Shown here: piece after piece, positions 24,814 to 37,235 of the stretch
How positions within the stretch are numbered: the stretch's first letter is position 1
Layout: every line of letters starts with the position of its first letter
From: Escherichia coli
GTDB taxonomy: Bacteria > Pseudomonadota > Gammaproteobacteria > Enterobacterales > Enterobacteriaceae
Assembly: GCF_013122565.1 (NCBI RefSeq)
Contig: NZ_CP053258.1
Reading direction: 5' to 3' (one strand)
Length of the DNA stretch: 64,000 nucleotides
Notes under the pieces: generated by a model
Told to the model about the DNA's origin: nothing
The model's database searches: none
The model's input: only the letters and a program-made list of their open reading frames with translations
Program-made: the position numbers and the translations under genes

Positions 24814-26408
24814 TGGCTGACATTCTGCTGCTCGATAATATCGACTCTTTTACTTACAACCTGGCAGATCAGTTGCGCAGCAATGGTCATAACGTGGTGA
24901 TTTACCGCAACCATATTCCGGCGCAGACCTTAATTGAACGCCTGGCGACGATGAGCAATCCGGTGCTGATGCTTTCTCCTGGCCCCGGTGTGCCAAGCGA
25001 AGCCGGTTGTATGCCGGAACTTCTCACCCGCCTGCGCGGCAAGCTGCCAATTATTGGTATTTGCCTCGGACATCAGGCGATTGTCGAAGCTTACGGGGGC
25101 TATGTCGGTCAGGCGGGCGAAATTCTACACGGTAAAGCCTCCAGCATTGAACACGACGGTCAGGCGATGTTTGCCGGATTAACAAACCCATTGCCGGTGG
25201 CGCGTTATCACTCGCTGGTTGGCAGTAATATTCCGGCCGGTTTAACCATCAACGCCCATTTTAATGGCATGGTGATGGCGGTGCGTCATGATGCGGATCG
25301 CGTTTGCGGACTCCAGTTCCACCCGGAATCCATTCTTACTACCCAGGGCGCTCGCCTGCTGGAACAAACGCTGGCCTGGGCGCAGCAGAAACTTGAGCCA
25401 ACCAACACGCTGCAACCGATTCTGGAAAAACTGTATCAGGCACAGACGCTTAGCCAACAAGAAAGCCACCAGCTGTTTTCAGCGGTGGTGCGTGGTGAAC
25501 TGAAGCCGGAACAACTGGCGGCGGCGCTGGTGAGCATGAAAATTCGCGGCGAGCACCCGAACGAGATCGCCGGGGCAGCAACCGCACTACTGGAAAATGC
25601 CGCGCCGTTCCCGCGCCCGGATTATCTGTTTGCTGATATCGTCGGGACTGGCGGTGACGGCAGCAACAGCATCAATATTTCCACCGCCAGTGCGTTTGTC
25701 GCCGCGGCCTGTGGGCTGAAAGTGGCGAAACACGGCAACCGTAGCGTCTCCAGTAAATCTGGCTCGTCGGATCTGCTGGCGGCGTTCGGTATTAATCTTG
25801 ATATGAACGCCGATAAATCGCGCCAGGCGCTGGATGAGTTAGGTGTATGTTTCCTCTTTGCACCGAAATATCACACCGGATTTCGCCATGCAATGCCGGT
25901 TCGCCAGCAACTAAAAACCCGCACCCTGTTCAATGTGCTGGGGCCATTGATTAACCCGGCGCATCCGCCGCTGGCGTTAATTGGTGTTTATAGTCCGGAA
26001 CTGGTGCTGCCGATTGCCGAAACCTTGCGCGTGCTGGGGTATCAACGCGCGGCGGTGGTGCACAGCGGCGGGATGGATGAAGTTTCATTACACGCGCCGA
26101 CAATCGTTGCCGAGCTGCATGACGGCGAAATTAAGAGCTATCAATTGACCGCTGAAGATTTTGGCCTGACACCCTACCACCAGGAGCAACTGGCAGGCGG
26201 AACACCGGAAGAAAACCGTGACATTTTAACACGTTTGTTACAAGGTAAAGGCGACGCCGCCCATGAAGCAGCCGTCGCTGCGAACGTCGCCATGTTAATG
26301 CGCCTGCATGGCCATGAAGATCTGCAAGCCAATGCGCAAACCGTTCTTGAGGTACTGCGCAGTGGTTCCGCTTACGACAGAGTCACCGCACTGGCGGCAC
26401 GAGGGTAA
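24813..26408 (+). CDS. trpD: Anthranilate synthase component II / anthranilate phosphoribosyltransferase
   Basis: 531 aa; N-terminal glutamine amidotransferase (catalytic Cys in GICLGHQ) fused to PRT domain. Confidence 0.97.
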   Translation: MADILLLDNIDSFTYNLADQLRSNGHNVVIYRNHIPAQTLIERLATMSNPVLMLSPGPGVPSEAGCMPELLTRLRGKLPIIGICLGHQAIVEAYGGYVGQAGEILHGKASSIEHDGQAMFAGLTNPLPVARYHSLVGSNIPAGLTINAHFNGMVMAVRHDADRVCGLQFHPESILTTQGARLLEQTLAWAQQKLEPTNTLQPILEKLYQAQTLSQQESHQLFSAVVRGELKPEQLAAALVSMKIRGEHPNEIAGAATALLENAAPFPRPDYLFADIVGTGGDGSNSINISTASAFVAAACGLKVAKHGNRSVSSKSGSSDLLAAFGINLDMNADKSRQALDELGVCFLFAPKYHTGFRHAMPVRQQLKTRTLFNVLGPLINPAHPPLALIGVYSPELVLPIAETLRVLGYQRAAVVHSGGMDEVSLHAPTIVAELHDGEIKSYQLTAEDFGLTPYHQEQLAGGTPEENRDILTRLLQGKGDAAHEAAVAANVAMLMRLHGHEDLQANAQTVLEVLRSGSAYDRVTALAARG

Positions 26409-27770
26409 ATGATGCAAACCGTTTTAGCGAAAATCGTCGCAGACAAGGCGATTTGGGTAGAAGCCCGCAAACAGCAGCAACCGCTGGCCAGTTTTCAGAA
26501 TGAGGTTCAGCCGAGCACGCGACATTTTTATGATGCGCTACAGGGTGCGCGCACGACGTTTATTCTGGAGTGCAAGAAAGCGTCGCCGTCAAAAGGCGTG
26601 ATCCGTGATGATTTCGATCCGGCACGCATTGCTACCGTCTACAGAAATTACGCTTCGGCAATTTCGGTGCTGACTGATGAGAAATATTTTCAGGGGAGCT
26701 TTGATTTCCTCCCCATCGTCAGTCAAATCGCCCCACAGCCGATTTTATGTAAAGACTTCATTATCGACCCTTACCAGATCTATCTGGCGCGCTATTACCA
26801 GGCCGATGCCTGCTTATTAATGCTTTCAGTACTGGATGACGAACAATATCGCCAGCTTGCCGCCGTCGCCCACCGTCTGGAGATGGGTGTGCTGACCGAA
26901 GTCAGTAATGAAGAGGAACTGGAGCGCGCCATTGCATTGGGGGCAAAGGTCGTTGGCATCAACAACCGCGATCTGCGTGATTTGTCGATTGATCTCAACC
27001 GTACCCGCGAGCTTGCGCCGAAACTGGGGCACAACGTGACGGTAATCAGCGAATCCGGCATCAATACTTACGCTCAGGTGCGCGAGTTAAGCCACTTCGC
27101 TAACGGTTTTCTGATTGGTTCGGCGTTGATGGCCCATGACGATTTGCACGCCGCCGTGCGCCGGGTGTTGCTGGGTGAGAATAAAGTATGTGGCCTGACG
27201 CGTGGGCAAGATGCTAAAGCAGCTTATGACGCGGGCGCGATTTACGGTGGGTTGATTTTTGTTGCGACATCACCGCGTTGCGTCAACGTTGAACAGGCGC
27301 AGGAAGTGATGGCTGCGGCACCGTTGCATTATGTTGGCGTGTTCCGCAATCACGATATTGCCGATGTGGTGGACAAAGCTAAGGTGTTATCGCTGGCGGC
27401 AGTGCAACTGCATGGTAATGAAGAACAGCTGTATATCGATACGCTGCGTGAAGCTCTGCCAGCACACGTTGCCATCTGGAAAGCATTAAGCGTCGGTGAA
27501 ACCCTGCCCGCCCGCGAGCTTCAGCACGTTGATAAATATGTTTTAGACAACGGCCAGGGTGGAAGCGGGCAACGTTTCGACTGGTCACTGTTAAACGGTC
27601 AATCGCTTGGCAACGTTCTGCTGGCGGGGGGATTAGGCGCAGATAACTGCGTGGAAGCGGCACAAACCGGCTGCGCCGGACTTGATTTTAATTCTGCTGT
27701 AGAGTCGCAACCGGGCATCAAAGACGCACGTCTTTTGGCCTCGGTTTTCCAGACGCTGCGCGCATATTAA
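26409..27770 (+). CDS. trpC: Bifunctional indole-3-glycerol-phosphate synthase / phosphoribosylanthranilate isomerase
   Basis: 453-codon ORF starting immediately after the trpD stop; two TIM-barrel halves. Confidence 0.97.
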   Translation: MMQTVLAKIVADKAIWVEARKQQQPLASFQNEVQPSTRHFYDALQGARTTFILECKKASPSKGVIRDDFDPARIATVYRNYASAISVLTDEKYFQGSFDFLPIVSQIAPQPILCKDFIIDPYQIYLARYYQADACLLMLSVLDDEQYRQLAAVAHRLEMGVLTEVSNEEELERAIALGAKVVGINNRDLRDLSIDLNRTRELAPKLGHNVTVISESGINTYAQVRELSHFANGFLIGSALMAHDDLHAAVRRVLLGENKVCGLTRGQDAKAAYDAGAIYGGLIFVATSPRCVNVEQAQEVMAAAPLHYVGVFRNHDIADVVDKAKVLSLAAVQLHGNEEQLYIDTLREALPAHVAIWKALSVGETLPARELQHVDKYVLDNGQGGSGQRFDWSLLNGQSLGNVLLAGGLGADNCVEAAQTGCAGLDFNSAVESQPGIKDARLLASVFQTLRAY

Positions 27771-27781
27771 GGAAAGGAACA

Positions 27782-28975
27782 ATGACAACATTACTTAACC
27801 CCTATTTTGGTGAGTTTGGCGGCATGTACGTGCCACAAATCCTGATGCCTGCTCTGCGCCAGCTGGAAGAAGCTTTTGTCAGTGCGCAAAAAGATCCTGA
27901 ATTTCAGGCTCAGTTCAACGACCTGCTGAAAAACTATGCCGGGCGTCCAACCGCGCTGACCAAATGCCAGAACATTACGGCTGGCACGAACACCACGCTG
28001 TATCTGAAGCGCGAAGATTTGCTGCACGGCGGCGCGCATAAAACTAACCAGGTGCTGGGCCAGGCTTTACTGGCGAAGCGAATGGGTAAAACTGAAATTA
28101 TTGCCGAAACCGGAGCCGGTCAGCATGGCGTGGCGTCGGCCCTTGCCAGCGCCCTGCTCGGCCTGAAATGCCGTATTTATATGGGGGCCAAAGACGTTGA
28201 ACGCCAGTCGCCTAACGTTTTTCGTATGCGTTTAATGGGTGCGGAAGTGATCCCGGTGCATAGCGGTTCCGCGACGCTGAAAGATGCCTGTAACGAGGCG
28301 CTGCGCGACTGGTCCGGCAGTTATGAAACCGCGCACTATATGCTGGGCACCGCAGCTGGCCCACATCCTTATCCGACCATTGTCCGTGAGTTTCAGCGGA
28401 TGATTGGCGAAGAAACCAAAGCACAGATTCTGGAAAGAGAAGGTCGCCTGCCGGATGCCGTTATCGCCTGTGTTGGCGGCGGTTCGAATGCCATCGGCAT
28501 GTTTGCAGATTTCATCAACGAAACCAACGTCGGCCTGATTGGTGTGGAGCCTGGCGGTCACGGTATTGAAACTGGCGAGCACGGCGCACCGCTAAAACAT
28601 GGTCGCGTGGGCATCTATTTCGGTATGAAAGCGCCGATGATGCAAACCGAAGACGGGCAGATTGAAGAATCTTACTCCATCTCCGCCGGACTGGATTTCC
28701 CGTCCGTCGGCCCGCAACACGCGTATCTTAACAGCACTGGACGCGCTGATTATGTATCAATTACCGATGATGAAGCACTGGACGCCTTCAAAACGCTGTG
28801 CCTGCATGAAGGGATTATCCCGGCGCTGGAATCCTCCCACGCGCTGGCCCATGCGCTGAAAATGATGCGCGAAAACCCGGAAAAAGAGCAGCTACTGGTG
28901 GTTAACCTTTCCGGTCGCGGCGATAAAGACATCTTCACCGTTCACGATATTTTGAAAGCACGAGGGGAAATCTGA
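27782..28975 (+). CDS. trpB: Tryptophan synthase beta chain
   Basis: 397 aa; PLP-lysine region HGGAHKTN. Confidence 0.97.
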   Translation: MTTLLNPYFGEFGGMYVPQILMPALRQLEEAFVSAQKDPEFQAQFNDLLKNYAGRPTALTKCQNITAGTNTTLYLKREDLLHGGAHKTNQVLGQALLAKRMGKTEIIAETGAGQHGVASALASALLGLKCRIYMGAKDVERQSPNVFRMRLMGAEVIPVHSGSATLKDACNEALRDWSGSYETAHYMLGTAAGPHPYPTIVREFQRMIGEETKAQILEREGRLPDAVIACVGGGSNAIGMFADFINETNVGLIGVEPGGHGIETGEHGAPLKHGRVGIYFGMKAPMMQTEDGQIEESYSISAGLDFPSVGPQHAYLNSTGRADYVSITDDEALDAFKTLCLHEGIIPALESSHALAHALKMMRENPEKEQLLVVNLSGRGDKDIFTVHDILKARGEI

Positions 28976-29781
28976 TGGAACGCTACGAATCTCTGTTTGC
29001 CCAGTTGAAGGAGCGCAAAGAAGGCGCATTCGTTCCTTTCGTCACGCTCGGTGATCCGGGCATTGAGCAGTCGCTGAAAATTATCGATGCGCTAATTGAA
29101 GCCGGTGCTGACGCGCTTGAGTTAGGCATCCCCTTCTCCGACCCACTGGCAGATGGCCCGACGATTCAAAACGCCACACTGCGTGCCTTTGCGGCAGGTG
29201 TGACCCCGGCTCAGTGCTTTGAGATGCTGGCACTCATTCGCCAGAAACACCCTACCATTCCCATTGGCCTGCTGATGTATGCCAACCTGGTGTTTAACAA
29301 AGGCATTGATGAGTTTTATGCCGCGTGCGAGAAAGTCGGCGTCGATTCGGTGCTGGTTGCCGATGTGCCAGTAGAAGAATCCGCGCCTTTCCGTCAGGCC
29401 GCGTTGCGTCATAATGTCGCACCTATCTTCATCTGCCCGCCAAATGCCGATGACGACCTGCTGCGCCAGATAGCCTCTTATGGTCGTGGTTACACCTATT
29501 TATTGTCGCGTGCGGGCGTGACCGGCGCAGAAAACCGCGCCGCGTTACCCCTCAATCATCTGGTTGCGAAGCTGAAAGAGTACAACGCTGCACCTCCATT
29601 GCAGGGATTTGGTATTTCCGCCCCGGATCAGGTAAAAGCAGCGATTGACGCAGGAGCTGCGGGCGCGATTTCTGGTTCAGCCATTGTTAAAATCATCGAG
29701 CAACATATTAATGAGCCAGAGAAAATGCTGGCGGCACTGAAAGTTTTTGTACAACCGATGAAAGCAGCGACGCGCAGTTAA
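28975..29781 (+). CDS. trpA: Tryptophan synthase alpha chain
   Basis: 268 aa; ATG overlaps the trpB stop (TGATGG). Confidence 0.97.
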   Translation: MERYESLFAQLKERKEGAFVPFVTLGDPGIEQSLKIIDALIEAGADALELGIPFSDPLADGPTIQNATLRAFAAGVTPAQCFEMLALIRQKHPTIPIGLLMYANLVFNKGIDEFYAACEKVGVDSVLVADVPVEESAPFRQAALRHNVAPIFICPPNADDDLLRQIASYGRGYTYLLSRAGVTGAENRAALPLNHLVAKLKEYNAAPPLQGFGISAPDQVKAAIDAGAAGAISGSAIVKIIEQHINEPEKMLAALKVFVQPMKAATRS

Positions 29782-29786
29782 TCCCC

Positions 29787-29815
29787 CAGCCGCCAGTTCC
29801 GCTGGCGGCATTTTA
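29787..29815 (+). terminator. trp operon terminator
   Basis: gccgccag-ttcc-gctggcggc followed by ATTTT, immediately after the trpA stop. Confidence 0.75.
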
Positions 29816-30161
29816 ACTTTCTTTAACGAAGCCGGAAAAATCCTAAATTCATTTATTATTTATTTTTTTACCGTTTCGCTTACCCCTGTCGAACGTCAAC
29901 TTACGTCATTTTTCCGCCCAACAGTAATATAATCAAACAAATTAGTCCCGCAACATAACACCAGTAAAATCAATAATTTTCTCTAAGTCACTTATTCTTC
30001 AGACAATTGTTAATATATCAAGAAGGTTCCTCATAATATATTTTCCCACTTTCTTCTCGTTACGCTTAATTTGACTAATTTTCATTAGCGACTAATTTTA
30101 ATGAGTGTCGACACACAACACTCATATTAATGAAACAATGCAACGCAACGGGAGAAATAAC

Positions 30162-30341
30162 ATGACCGAACATCGTGGTGGTTCAGGAAATTTCGCCGAA
30201 GACCGTGAGAAGGCATCCGACGCAGGCCGTAAAGGCGGTCAGCATAGCGGCGGTAATTTTAAAAATGATCCGCAACGCGCATCTGAAGCGGGTAAAAAAG
30301 GCGGTCAACAAAGCGGTGGTAATAAATCAGGCAAGTCCTGA
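30162..30341 (+). CDS. yciG: Small Gly/Lys-rich stress-type protein (59 aa)
   Basis: Internal ATG with SD ggagaaataac gives MTEHRGGSGNFAEDREKASDAGRKGGQHSGGN...; repeated KGGQxSGGN units. Confidence 0.85.
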   Translation: MTEHRGGSGNFAEDREKASDAGRKGGQHSGGNFKNDPQRASEAGKKGGQQSGGNKSGKS

Positions 30342-30426
30342 TTCACCGTTAATTATTAATATCAGCTGATAAAGATAATTGCATCTGCGGGCCGTATGGC
30401 TCGCAGTGATTTCATTGGAGAAAAAT

Positions 30427-30927
30427 ATGAATATGAAGACCATTGAAGATGTATTTATTCACCTGCTTTCAGATACCTACAGCGCAGAAAAACAATTAAC
30501 CCGTGCACTGGCAAAACTCGCTAGAGCAACATCAAACGAAAAATTAAGTCAGGCTTTTCATGCGCACCTCGAGGAAACTCATGGACAGATTGAACGAATT
30601 GATCAAGTTGTGGAATCTGAATCGAACCTGAAAATTAAGCGCATGAAATGTGTGGCAATGGAAGGTCTCATTGAAGAAGCTAATGAGGTCATCGAAAGCA
30701 CCGAGAAAAACGAAGTGCGTGATGCCGCACTGATTGCCGCTGCACAGAAAGTCGAGCACTATGAGATCGCCAGTTACGGGACCTTAGCGACGCTGGCTGA
30801 ACAATTAGGTTACCGTAAAGCAGCTAAACTTCTGAAAGAAACTCTTGAAGAAGAAAAGGCTACCGACATCAAACTGACTGATCTGGCCCTTAATAACGTA
30901 AATAAGAAAGCCGAAAATAAAGCCTGA
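30427..30927 (+). CDS. yciF: Ferritin-like DUF892-family stress protein
   Basis: Start at MNMKTIEDV (166 aa); helical ferritin-like sequence; first of the yciF-yciE pair. Confidence 0.88.
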   Translation: MNMKTIEDVFIHLLSDTYSAEKQLTRALAKLARATSNEKLSQAFHAHLEETHGQIERIDQVVESESNLKIKRMKCVAMEGLIEEANEVIESTEKNEVRDAALIAAAQKVEHYEIASYGTLATLAEQLGYRKAAKLLKETLEEEKATDIKLTDLALNNVNKKAENKA

Positions 30928-30972
30928 AATATGAACTTTAACTTTTAGTCATTTTATAAAGAGGACATTTTC

Positions 30973-31479
30973 ATGAATCGTATTGAACATTATCATGACT
31001 GGTTACGTGACGCCCACGCAATGGAAAAGCAAGCCGAATCAATGCTTGAATCCATGGCCAGCCGTATAGATAATTATCCTGAACTACGCGCTCGTATCGA
31101 ACAACATCTTAGTGAAACCAAAAACCAGATTGTTCAACTGGAAACTATTCTTGATCGTAATGACATTTCACGTTCAGTCATTAAAGATTCCATGAGTAAA
31201 ATGGCTGCGCTTGGGCAGTCAATCGGTGGTATCTTCCCTTCTGATGAAATAGTTAAAGGCTCTATTAGCGGATATGTCTTCGAGCAATTTGAAATCGCCT
31301 GTTACACCTCACTATTAGCAGCAGCAAAAAATGCCGGTGATACAGCTTCAATTCCAACCATCGAAGCGATTTTAAATGAGGAAAAGCAAATGGCCGACTG
31401 GCTGATTCAGCATATTCCGCAAACAACTGAGAAATTTTTAATTCGCTCTGAAACTGAAGGCGTAGAAGCGAAGAAATAA
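30973..31479 (+). CDS. yciE: Ferritin-like DUF892-family stress protein
   Basis: 168 aa, paralogous in character to yciF. Confidence 0.88.
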   Translation: MNRIEHYHDWLRDAHAMEKQAESMLESMASRIDNYPELRARIEQHLSETKNQIVQLETILDRNDISRSVIKDSMSKMAALGQSIGGIFPSDEIVKGSISGYVFEQFEIACYTSLLAAAKNAGDTASIPTIEAILNEEKQMADWLIQHIPQTTEKFLIRSETEGVEAKK

Positions 31480-31503
31480 TACCCTTTATGCCATGTCCTT
31501 ATT

Positions 31504-31530
31504 GACCCCGTATATTACGGGGTCGTTTTT
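31504..31530 (+). terminator. Intrinsic terminator after yciE
   Basis: gaccccgta-tat-tacggggtc followed by GTTTTT. Confidence 0.65.
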
Positions 31531-31538
31531 GTGCGGAA

Positions 31539-32177
31539 TTAAAAACGATATCCTGCTGAGAACATAAACACCCACGGATCGAGGCGTACGCTATCATGTT
31601 GCTGTGCACCGCCCAGCTTATAATTGGCGGTGGTATCGATATCCATGTACCAGACTGACATGTTAACCAACCAGTCACGGTTAATCAGATAATCAACCCC
31701 CACCTGCCCGGCAGCTCCCCAGGAATCTTTCAGACTGAGATCGGAAAGCCCCGCCTCTTTGCCATGATCGTTAAATCCATTATCAAAGAAGGTGGTGTAG
31801 TTAATACCTGCCCCAACGTAAGGACGGAATTTGCTGCTGGCATCACCAAAATACCACTGCGCCATCAGTGTTGGCGGCAGATGATGAACGGTTGCAATAT
31901 CGCCGGTCGCCCGGGTGCCGATTTTATGGCGGAACGGCGTCGCTGCCAGTAATTCCACACCAATGTTGTCGGTCGCCATATAAGTAAACGTCAAGCCCAG
32001 TTGCGTGTTATTGGTCACGCTGAATCCACCCAGACTTCCTAACGTACCACCAGCACCTTCTGTTGGACGTACGGTTGCAGACCCTGCACGCATAAAAAAT
32101 TCGCCTGCTTCATGCGCATAGGCACTGCCAGAGAGAAGAGTTGTTACTGCCAAAGCCGCCACTGTTAACTTTTTCAT
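31539..32177 (-). CDS. ompW: Outer-membrane protein W
   Basis: 212 aa; signal peptide ending AYA, beta-barrel alternation, C-terminal aromatic residue. Confidence 0.93.
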   Translation of the reverse strand: MKKLTVAALAVTTLLSGSAYAHEAGEFFMRAGSATVRPTEGAGGTLGSLGGFSVTNNTQLGLTFTYMATDNIGVELLAATPFRHKIGTRATGDIATVHHLPPTLMAQWYFGDASSKFRPYVGAGINYTTFFDNGFNDHGKEAGLSDLSLKDSWGAAGQVGVDYLINRDWLVNMSVWYMDIDTTANYKLGGAQQHDSVRLDPWVFMFSAGYRF

Positions 32178-32533
32178 ATCCGCTCCGTCGTTATGGTTAT
32201 AAAAACGTGACGAATATACCTACATTGGAGTAACAAATGATCCTACATAGATCACATTACATATGATAATTCACCCTTTATTGATCTGGATTAATTTAGA
32301 AGTTGTATTGAAAATCCTGGTTAATGTGATTTAAATCAATTTTTAAATATTTTCGCTACGCAAATATTAACTCGCTCGCCACTTGCCGCGGTTCGCCCAC
32401 GCCTGAAGGCCAGCAATTACCTCCGCTTTACAAAGATATGCTTTTCCATACAAGACCTGATGCTGCCACCCGAGGCTTAACCAGGGTACAATTGCCCGCT
32501 AATTAACACCTGCATAAAACTCAAGGAGAGTGC

Positions 32534-33277
32534 ATGTCTATCACGGCGCAGTCCGTATACCGTGACACCGGAAATTTCTTCCGTAATCAATTTATGACCA
32601 TTCTGTTGGTATCGTTGCTATGTGCGTTTATCACAGTGGTGTTAGGGCATGTTTTCTCACCCAGTGATGCACAGCTTGCGCAGCTCAATGACGGCGTGCC
32701 CGTTAGCGGCAGTAGTGGGTTGTTCGACCTGGTTCAGAATATGTCACCGGAACAGCAACAAATTTTGCTGCAGGCTTCAGCGGCGTCCACTTTTTCAGGA
32801 TTAATCGGTAACGCCATTCTCGCCGGAGGCGTAATATTAATTATCCAGCTGGTGTCTGCGGGTCAGAGAGTCAGTGCGCTGCGAGCTATTGGTGCCAGTG
32901 CGCCGATATTGCCAAAGTTATTTATTCTGATTTTTCTGACTACCCTTTTAGTACAGATTGGCATCATGCTGGTGGTCGTTCCGGGAATTATCATGGCCAT
33001 TTTACTGGCTCTGGCACCGGTGATGTTGGTACAGGACAAAATGGGCATTTTTGCCTCGATGCGTAGCAGTATGCGACTGACATGGGCGAATATGCGTCTG
33101 GTGGCGCCCGCAGTACTGAGCTGGTTGCTGGCAAAAACACTGTTGCTGCTTTTTGCCTCTTCTTTTGCCGCATTAACCCCGGAAATTGGTGCCGTACTGG
33201 CGAACACCTTGAGCAACCTGATCTCAGCCGTATTGCTCATCTATCTGTTCCGTCTGTATATGTTGATTCGCCAATAA
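32534..33277 (+). CDS. yciC: UPF0259-family inner-membrane protein
   Basis: 247 aa polytopic membrane protein. Confidence 0.85.
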   Translation: MSITAQSVYRDTGNFFRNQFMTILLVSLLCAFITVVLGHVFSPSDAQLAQLNDGVPVSGSSGLFDLVQNMSPEQQQILLQASAASTFSGLIGNAILAGGVILIIQLVSAGQRVSALRAIGASAPILPKLFILIFLTTLLVQIGIMLVVVPGIIMAILLALAPVMLVQDKMGIFASMRSSMRLTWANMRLVAPAVLSWLLAKTLLLLFASSFAALTPEIGAVLANTLSNLISAVLLIYLFRLYMLIRQ

Positions 33278-33306
33278 CCTTAAGCATTTGATTACGGAAT
33301 CGTAAA

Positions 33307-33846
33307 ATGAAGCAGTTTCTTGATTTTTTACCGCTGGTTGTCTTTTTCGCGTTTTACAAAATTTATGACATCTATGCGGCTACTGCGGCGCTGATCGTCG
33401 CCACGGCGATTGTGCTTATCTATAGCTGGGTTCGCTTTCGTAAGGTTGAGAAGATGGCCCTGATCACTTTTGTTCTGGTGGTCGTCTTCGGTGGCTTGAC
33501 GCTGTTCTTCCACAATGATGAGTTTATTAAATGGAAGGTTACAGTCATTTATGCTCTGTTTGCGGGAGCCCTGTTAGTCAGCCAATGGGTGATGAAAAAG
33601 CCGCTAATTCAGCGGATGCTGGGTAAAGAACTCACGCTGCCGCAACCGGTATGGTCGAAGCTAAATCTGGCCTGGGCTGTTTTCTTTATCCTTTGCGGTC
33701 TGGCAAACATCTACATCGCATTCTGGCTGCCGCAAAATATTTGGGTCAACTTTAAAGTCTTTGGCCTGACCGCCCTTACCTTAATCTTCACATTGTTAAG
33801 CGGTATCTATATCTACCGCCACATGCCGCAGGAAGATAAATCCTAA
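33307..33846 (+). CDS. yciB: Inner-membrane protein YciB (intracellular septation protein family)
   Basis: 179 aa, five predicted TM helices. Confidence 0.88.
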   Translation: MKQFLDFLPLVVFFAFYKIYDIYAATAALIVATAIVLIYSWVRFRKVEKMALITFVLVVVFGGLTLFFHNDEFIKWKVTVIYALFAGALLVSQWVMKKPLIQRMLGKELTLPQPVWSKLNLAWAVFFILCGLANIYIAFWLPQNIWVNFKVFGLTALTLIFTLLSGIYIYRHMPQEDKS

Positions 33847-33950
33847 CCAGACTGCCAGTCCTTCGGGGCTGGCGCTGTATCTCCTCTGTTCTCCTCAGGA
33901 AAATCATAGTAGCATCGCGCCTGTGATTTTCCTTTTAAGTCGGTTTTACC

Positions 33951-34349
33951 ATGTCTACAACACATAACGTCCCTCAGGGCGATCTTGTTTTACGTACTTT
34001 AGCCATGCCCGCCGATACCAATGCCAATGGTGACATCTTTGGTGGTTGGTTAATGTCACAAATGGATATTGGCGGCGCTATTCTGGCGAAAGAAATTGCC
34101 CACGGTCGCGTAGTGACTGTGCGGGTTGAAGGAATGACTTTCTTACGGCCGGTTGCGGTCGGCGATGTGGTGTGCTGCTATGCACGCTGTGTCCAGAAAG
34201 GGACGACATCGGTCAGCATTAATATTGAAGTGTGGGTGAAAAAAGTAGCGTCTGAACCAATCGGGCAACGCTATAAAGCGACAGAAGCATTATTTAAGTA
34301 TGTCGCGGTTGATCCTGAAGGAAAACCTCGCGCCTTACCTGTTGAGTAA
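33951..34349 (+). CDS. yciA: Acyl-CoA thioesterase (hotdog fold)
   Basis: 132 aa. Confidence 0.88.
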   Translation: MSTTHNVPQGDLVLRTLAMPADTNANGDIFGGWLMSQMDIGGAILAKEIAHGRVVTVRVEGMTFLRPVAVGDVVCCYARCVQKGTTSVSINIEVWVKKVASEPIGQRYKATEALFKYVAVDPEGKPRALPVE

Positions 34350-34354
34350 TAATC

Positions 34355-34378
34355 AAAAGCCTCCGGTCGGAGGCTTTT
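34355..34378. terminator. Bidirectional hairpin between convergent yciA and tonB
   Basis: aaaagcctcc-ggtc-ggaggctttt, perfect 10-bp stem. Confidence 0.65.
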
Positions 34379-34388
34379 GACTTTCTGC

Positions 34389-35108
34389 TTACTGAATTTC
34401 GGTGGTGCCGTTAATTTTAAACAGGATATTCACCACAATCCCACTGCCTGGCTTACCCGGCTCATAACGCCATCTGCGCATCGCATTTTTCACCTCACGC
34501 TCAAACATGTTCGCAGGCTTGGCTGAGAGGATTTGCACGTTATCCACGCGACCATCCGGCGTGACATCAAATTTAACTTTAACCTGCCCTTCAATGCGCA
34601 ATGCCTGTGCTCGTGCCGGATACTGCGGCTGATTACGGCTTAATGCGCGTGGTCCTGAAGCCACACTGGTAACCGGCTTGCTGGTTGCAGCCGTTGCCGT
34701 ACTTGATGTAGGGCGCGCGGGTGCCGTATTTTCAAACGGTGATGCCGGACGCGACTCTACGGGTTTGACATCGCGTTTTGGCTGCTCCTGTACCTTTTTC
34801 ACCGGCTTCGGTTTTGGCTTAGGTTTCGGCTTCGGCTTTTCAATGACCACCGGTGCTTCTTTTGGCGGTTCAGGAATCGGCTCAGGTTCCGGTTCTGGCT
34901 CTACCACCGGCTCCGGTGGCGGCTGAACGGCTTGTGGCGGTTCGAGATCAGCAGGCGCAACCATCGTAACAGAAATCGGCTGCGCAGGCGCAGGTAGTTC
35001 AATAACCTGATGTACCGAGGTATAGAGCAGACCCGCCACAACAGCACCATGAATGCAGACCGAAAGTAACGTCGGCCAGGGGAAGCGGCGAGGTAAATCA
35101 AGGGTCAT
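34389..35108 (-). CDS. tonB: Energy transducer TonB
   Basis: Start at internal Met giving 239 aa [11 protein letters not shown]...; (EP)n and (KP)n proline-rich spacer; C-terminal TonB domain. Confidence 0.93.
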   Translation of the reverse strand: MTLDLPRRFPWPTLLSVCIHGAVVAGLLYTSVHQVIELPAPAQPISVTMVAPADLEPPQAVQPPPEPVVEPEPEPEPIPEPPKEAPVVIEKPKPKPKPKPKPVKKVQEQPKRDVKPVESRPASPFENTAPARPTSSTATAATSKPVTSVASGPRALSRNQPQYPARAQALRIEGQVKVKFDVTPDGRVDNVQILSAKPANMFEREVKNAMRRWRYEPGKPGSGIVVNILFKINGTTEIQ

Positions 35109-35331
35109 TGAAGTCATAATCATTTCAGCAGAAAAACCAGGCCTCGATTTTAAATGCAAATAGCAATCATATTCAATAAGGCAAGACGATCAGGATCAGT
35201 GAAAATGTCATTTTTGGCGTAATTGACCTTACTTTATGCATGGTCTTAACAAAGACATCATCTTTCCGTTGCAGATCTTCGCCCTTTCAAATAACGTACT
35301 TTACAACTTTCCCGAACAAGGAGTTGTGCCC

Positions 35332-35628
35332 GTGTTGTATGTTATTTACGCTCAAGACAAAGCTGATAGCCTCGAAAAACGCCTTTCCGTTCGTCCGGCA
35401 CATTTAGCACGTTTACAGTTACTGCATGATGAAGGTCGTTTGTTGACAGCTGGTCCAATGCCAGCGGTAGACAGTAACGATCCAGGGGCTGCGGGATTTA
35501 CTGGCTCAACCGTTATTGCTGAATTTGAATCGCTGGAAGCAGCTCAGGCCTGGGCCGATGCTGACCCGTACGTAGCGGCAGGTGTCTATGAACACGTTTC
35601 AGTGAAACCATTTAAGAAAGTGTTCTGA
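35332..35628 (+). CDS. yciI: YciI-like small protein (98 aa)
   Basis: GTG start preceded by SD aaggag gives (M)[17 protein letters not shown]...; the ORF track extends further upstream. Confidence 0.85.
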
Positions 35629-35927
35629 GTAGAGATCCAATATTTAAGGGCACGGTTTTTGCAACCGTGTTCTTGTTTGGCCTTTCCTTATAGCCGGTCA
35701 GTGCATTCACCACCACAAGCAGATAATAACTTTATCTGTATTTCTTTATATGATGTGAGCATATTCAGGAAAAATGACCTTTCCTGAGGTACAGTTGCTC
35801 GCTCAAAACCTTTGATTACTGCGGATAAAGTCATCTACTATTGTTTAACACATTCACGCGCTGCATGTATGTTCGGAAAATGTGCACGCTAAGATAATTA
35901 AACAAAATTGTGGTTACAGAGGTATCA

Positions 35928-37181
35928 GTGAGTCACTGGGCTACATTCAAACAAACAGCAACAAATTTATGGGTGACCCTACGGCACGACATGCTCGCGC
36001 TGGCCGTCTTTTTAAATGGATTGCTTATTTTTAAAACAATCTATGGTATGTCGGTCAATTTGCTTGATATTTTCCATATTAAAGCATTTTCAGAGCTGGA
36101 TCTCTCCTTGCTGGCAAACGCCCCACTATTTATGCTCGGCGTATTTCTTGTCCTGAACTCCATTGGCTTACTGTTCCGGGCAAAGCTCGCATGGGCAATC
36201 AGTATCATTTTGTTGTTGATAGCGCTAATTTACACCCTGCATTTTTATCCGTGGCTGAAATTCAGTATTGGATTTTGCATTTTTACGCTGGTGTTTTTGC
36301 TGATACTGCGCAAAGACTTCTCCCACAGTAGCGCCGCAGCCGGGACAATTTTCGCATTTATTAGTTTCACGACGTTACTGTTTTACTCCACCTACGGTGC
36401 GCTTTATTTAAGCGAAGGTTTTAATCCGCGAATAGAAAGTTTGATGACCGCGTTCTATTTTTCAATAGAAACCATGTCAACCGTCGGCTATGGCGATATT
36501 GTCCCTGTTTCTGAGTCAGCACGATTGTTCACTATTTCGGTCATTATTTCCGGCATTACCGTTTTTGCCACCTCTATGACCTCAATTTTTGGTCCGCTTA
36601 TCCGCGGGGGATTCAACAAACTTGTAAAAGGAAACAATCATACAATGCATCGTAAAGATCATTTTATTGTTTGCGGGCATTCGATTCTCGCCATCAATAC
36701 GATTCTGCAACTGAATCAACGCGGACAAAACGTAACGGTTATCAGCAACTTGCCTGAAGATGATATCAAGCAACTTGAGCAACGCTTAGGCGATAACGCT
36801 GATGTTATCCCCGGTGACAGTAATGACAGTTCAGTATTAAAGAAAGCGGGAATCGATCGTTGCCGGGCCATTCTGGCGCTGAGTGATAACGATGCAGATA
36901 ACGCGTTTGTTGTACTCTCGGCAAAAGATATGAGCAGTGATGTTAAAACAGTTCTCGCCGTCAGTGATAGCAAAAACCTGAATAAGATTAAGATGGTACA
37001 TCCGGATATCATTCTCTCACCGCAACTGTTTGGCAGCGAAATTCTGGCGCGAGTTTTAAATGGTGAAGAGATTAATAATGATATGCTCGTTTCAATGTTG
37101 TTGAACTCCGGTCATGGCATTTTCAGCGATAACGATGAACAAGAAACGAAAGCTGACAGTAAAGAATCGGCGCAAAAATAG
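35928..37181 (+). CDS. kch: Six-TM K+ channel homologue with cytoplasmic RCK domain
   Basis: GTG start giving (M)SHWATFKQT... (417 aa); selectivity filter TVGYGD in TMSTVGYGDIVP; C-terminal Rossmann-type RCK domain (HFIVCGHS...). Confidence 0.9.
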   Translation: MSHWATFKQTATNLWVTLRHDMLALAVFLNGLLIFKTIYGMSVNLLDIFHIKAFSELDLSLLANAPLFMLGVFLVLNSIGLLFRAKLAWAISIILLLIALIYTLHFYPWLKFSIGFCIFTLVFLLILRKDFSHSSAAAGTIFAFISFTTLLFYSTYGALYLSEGFNPRIESLMTAFYFSIETMSTVGYGDIVPVSESARLFTISVIISGITVFATSMTSIFGPLIRGGFNKLVKGNNHTMHRKDHFIVCGHSILAINTILQLNQRGQNVTVISNLPEDDIKQLEQRLGDNADVIPGDSNDSSVLKKAGIDRCRAILALSDNDADNAFVVLSAKDMSSDVKTVLAVSDSKNLNKIKMVHPDIILSPQLFGSEILARVLNGEEINNDMLVSMLLNSGHGIFSDNDEQETKADSKESAQK

Positions 37182-37235
37182 AGTTTAAAGACGGAAGAGT
37201 AAACTTATTGGGCACCGCAATGGTGCCCAGTACAT

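Noticed and set aside
30175-30369. 64-aa ORF overlapping yciG in another frame
   Set aside because: Alternative-frame reading of the repetitive yciG sequence; yciG itself has the SD and the recognisable product.
34678-34926. Short tandem repeats suggesting a CRISPR or minisatellite array
   Set aside because: They are the coding repeats of the TonB Pro-rich spacer (2-6 bp periodicity, within a CDS), not 25-40 bp repeats with spacers.
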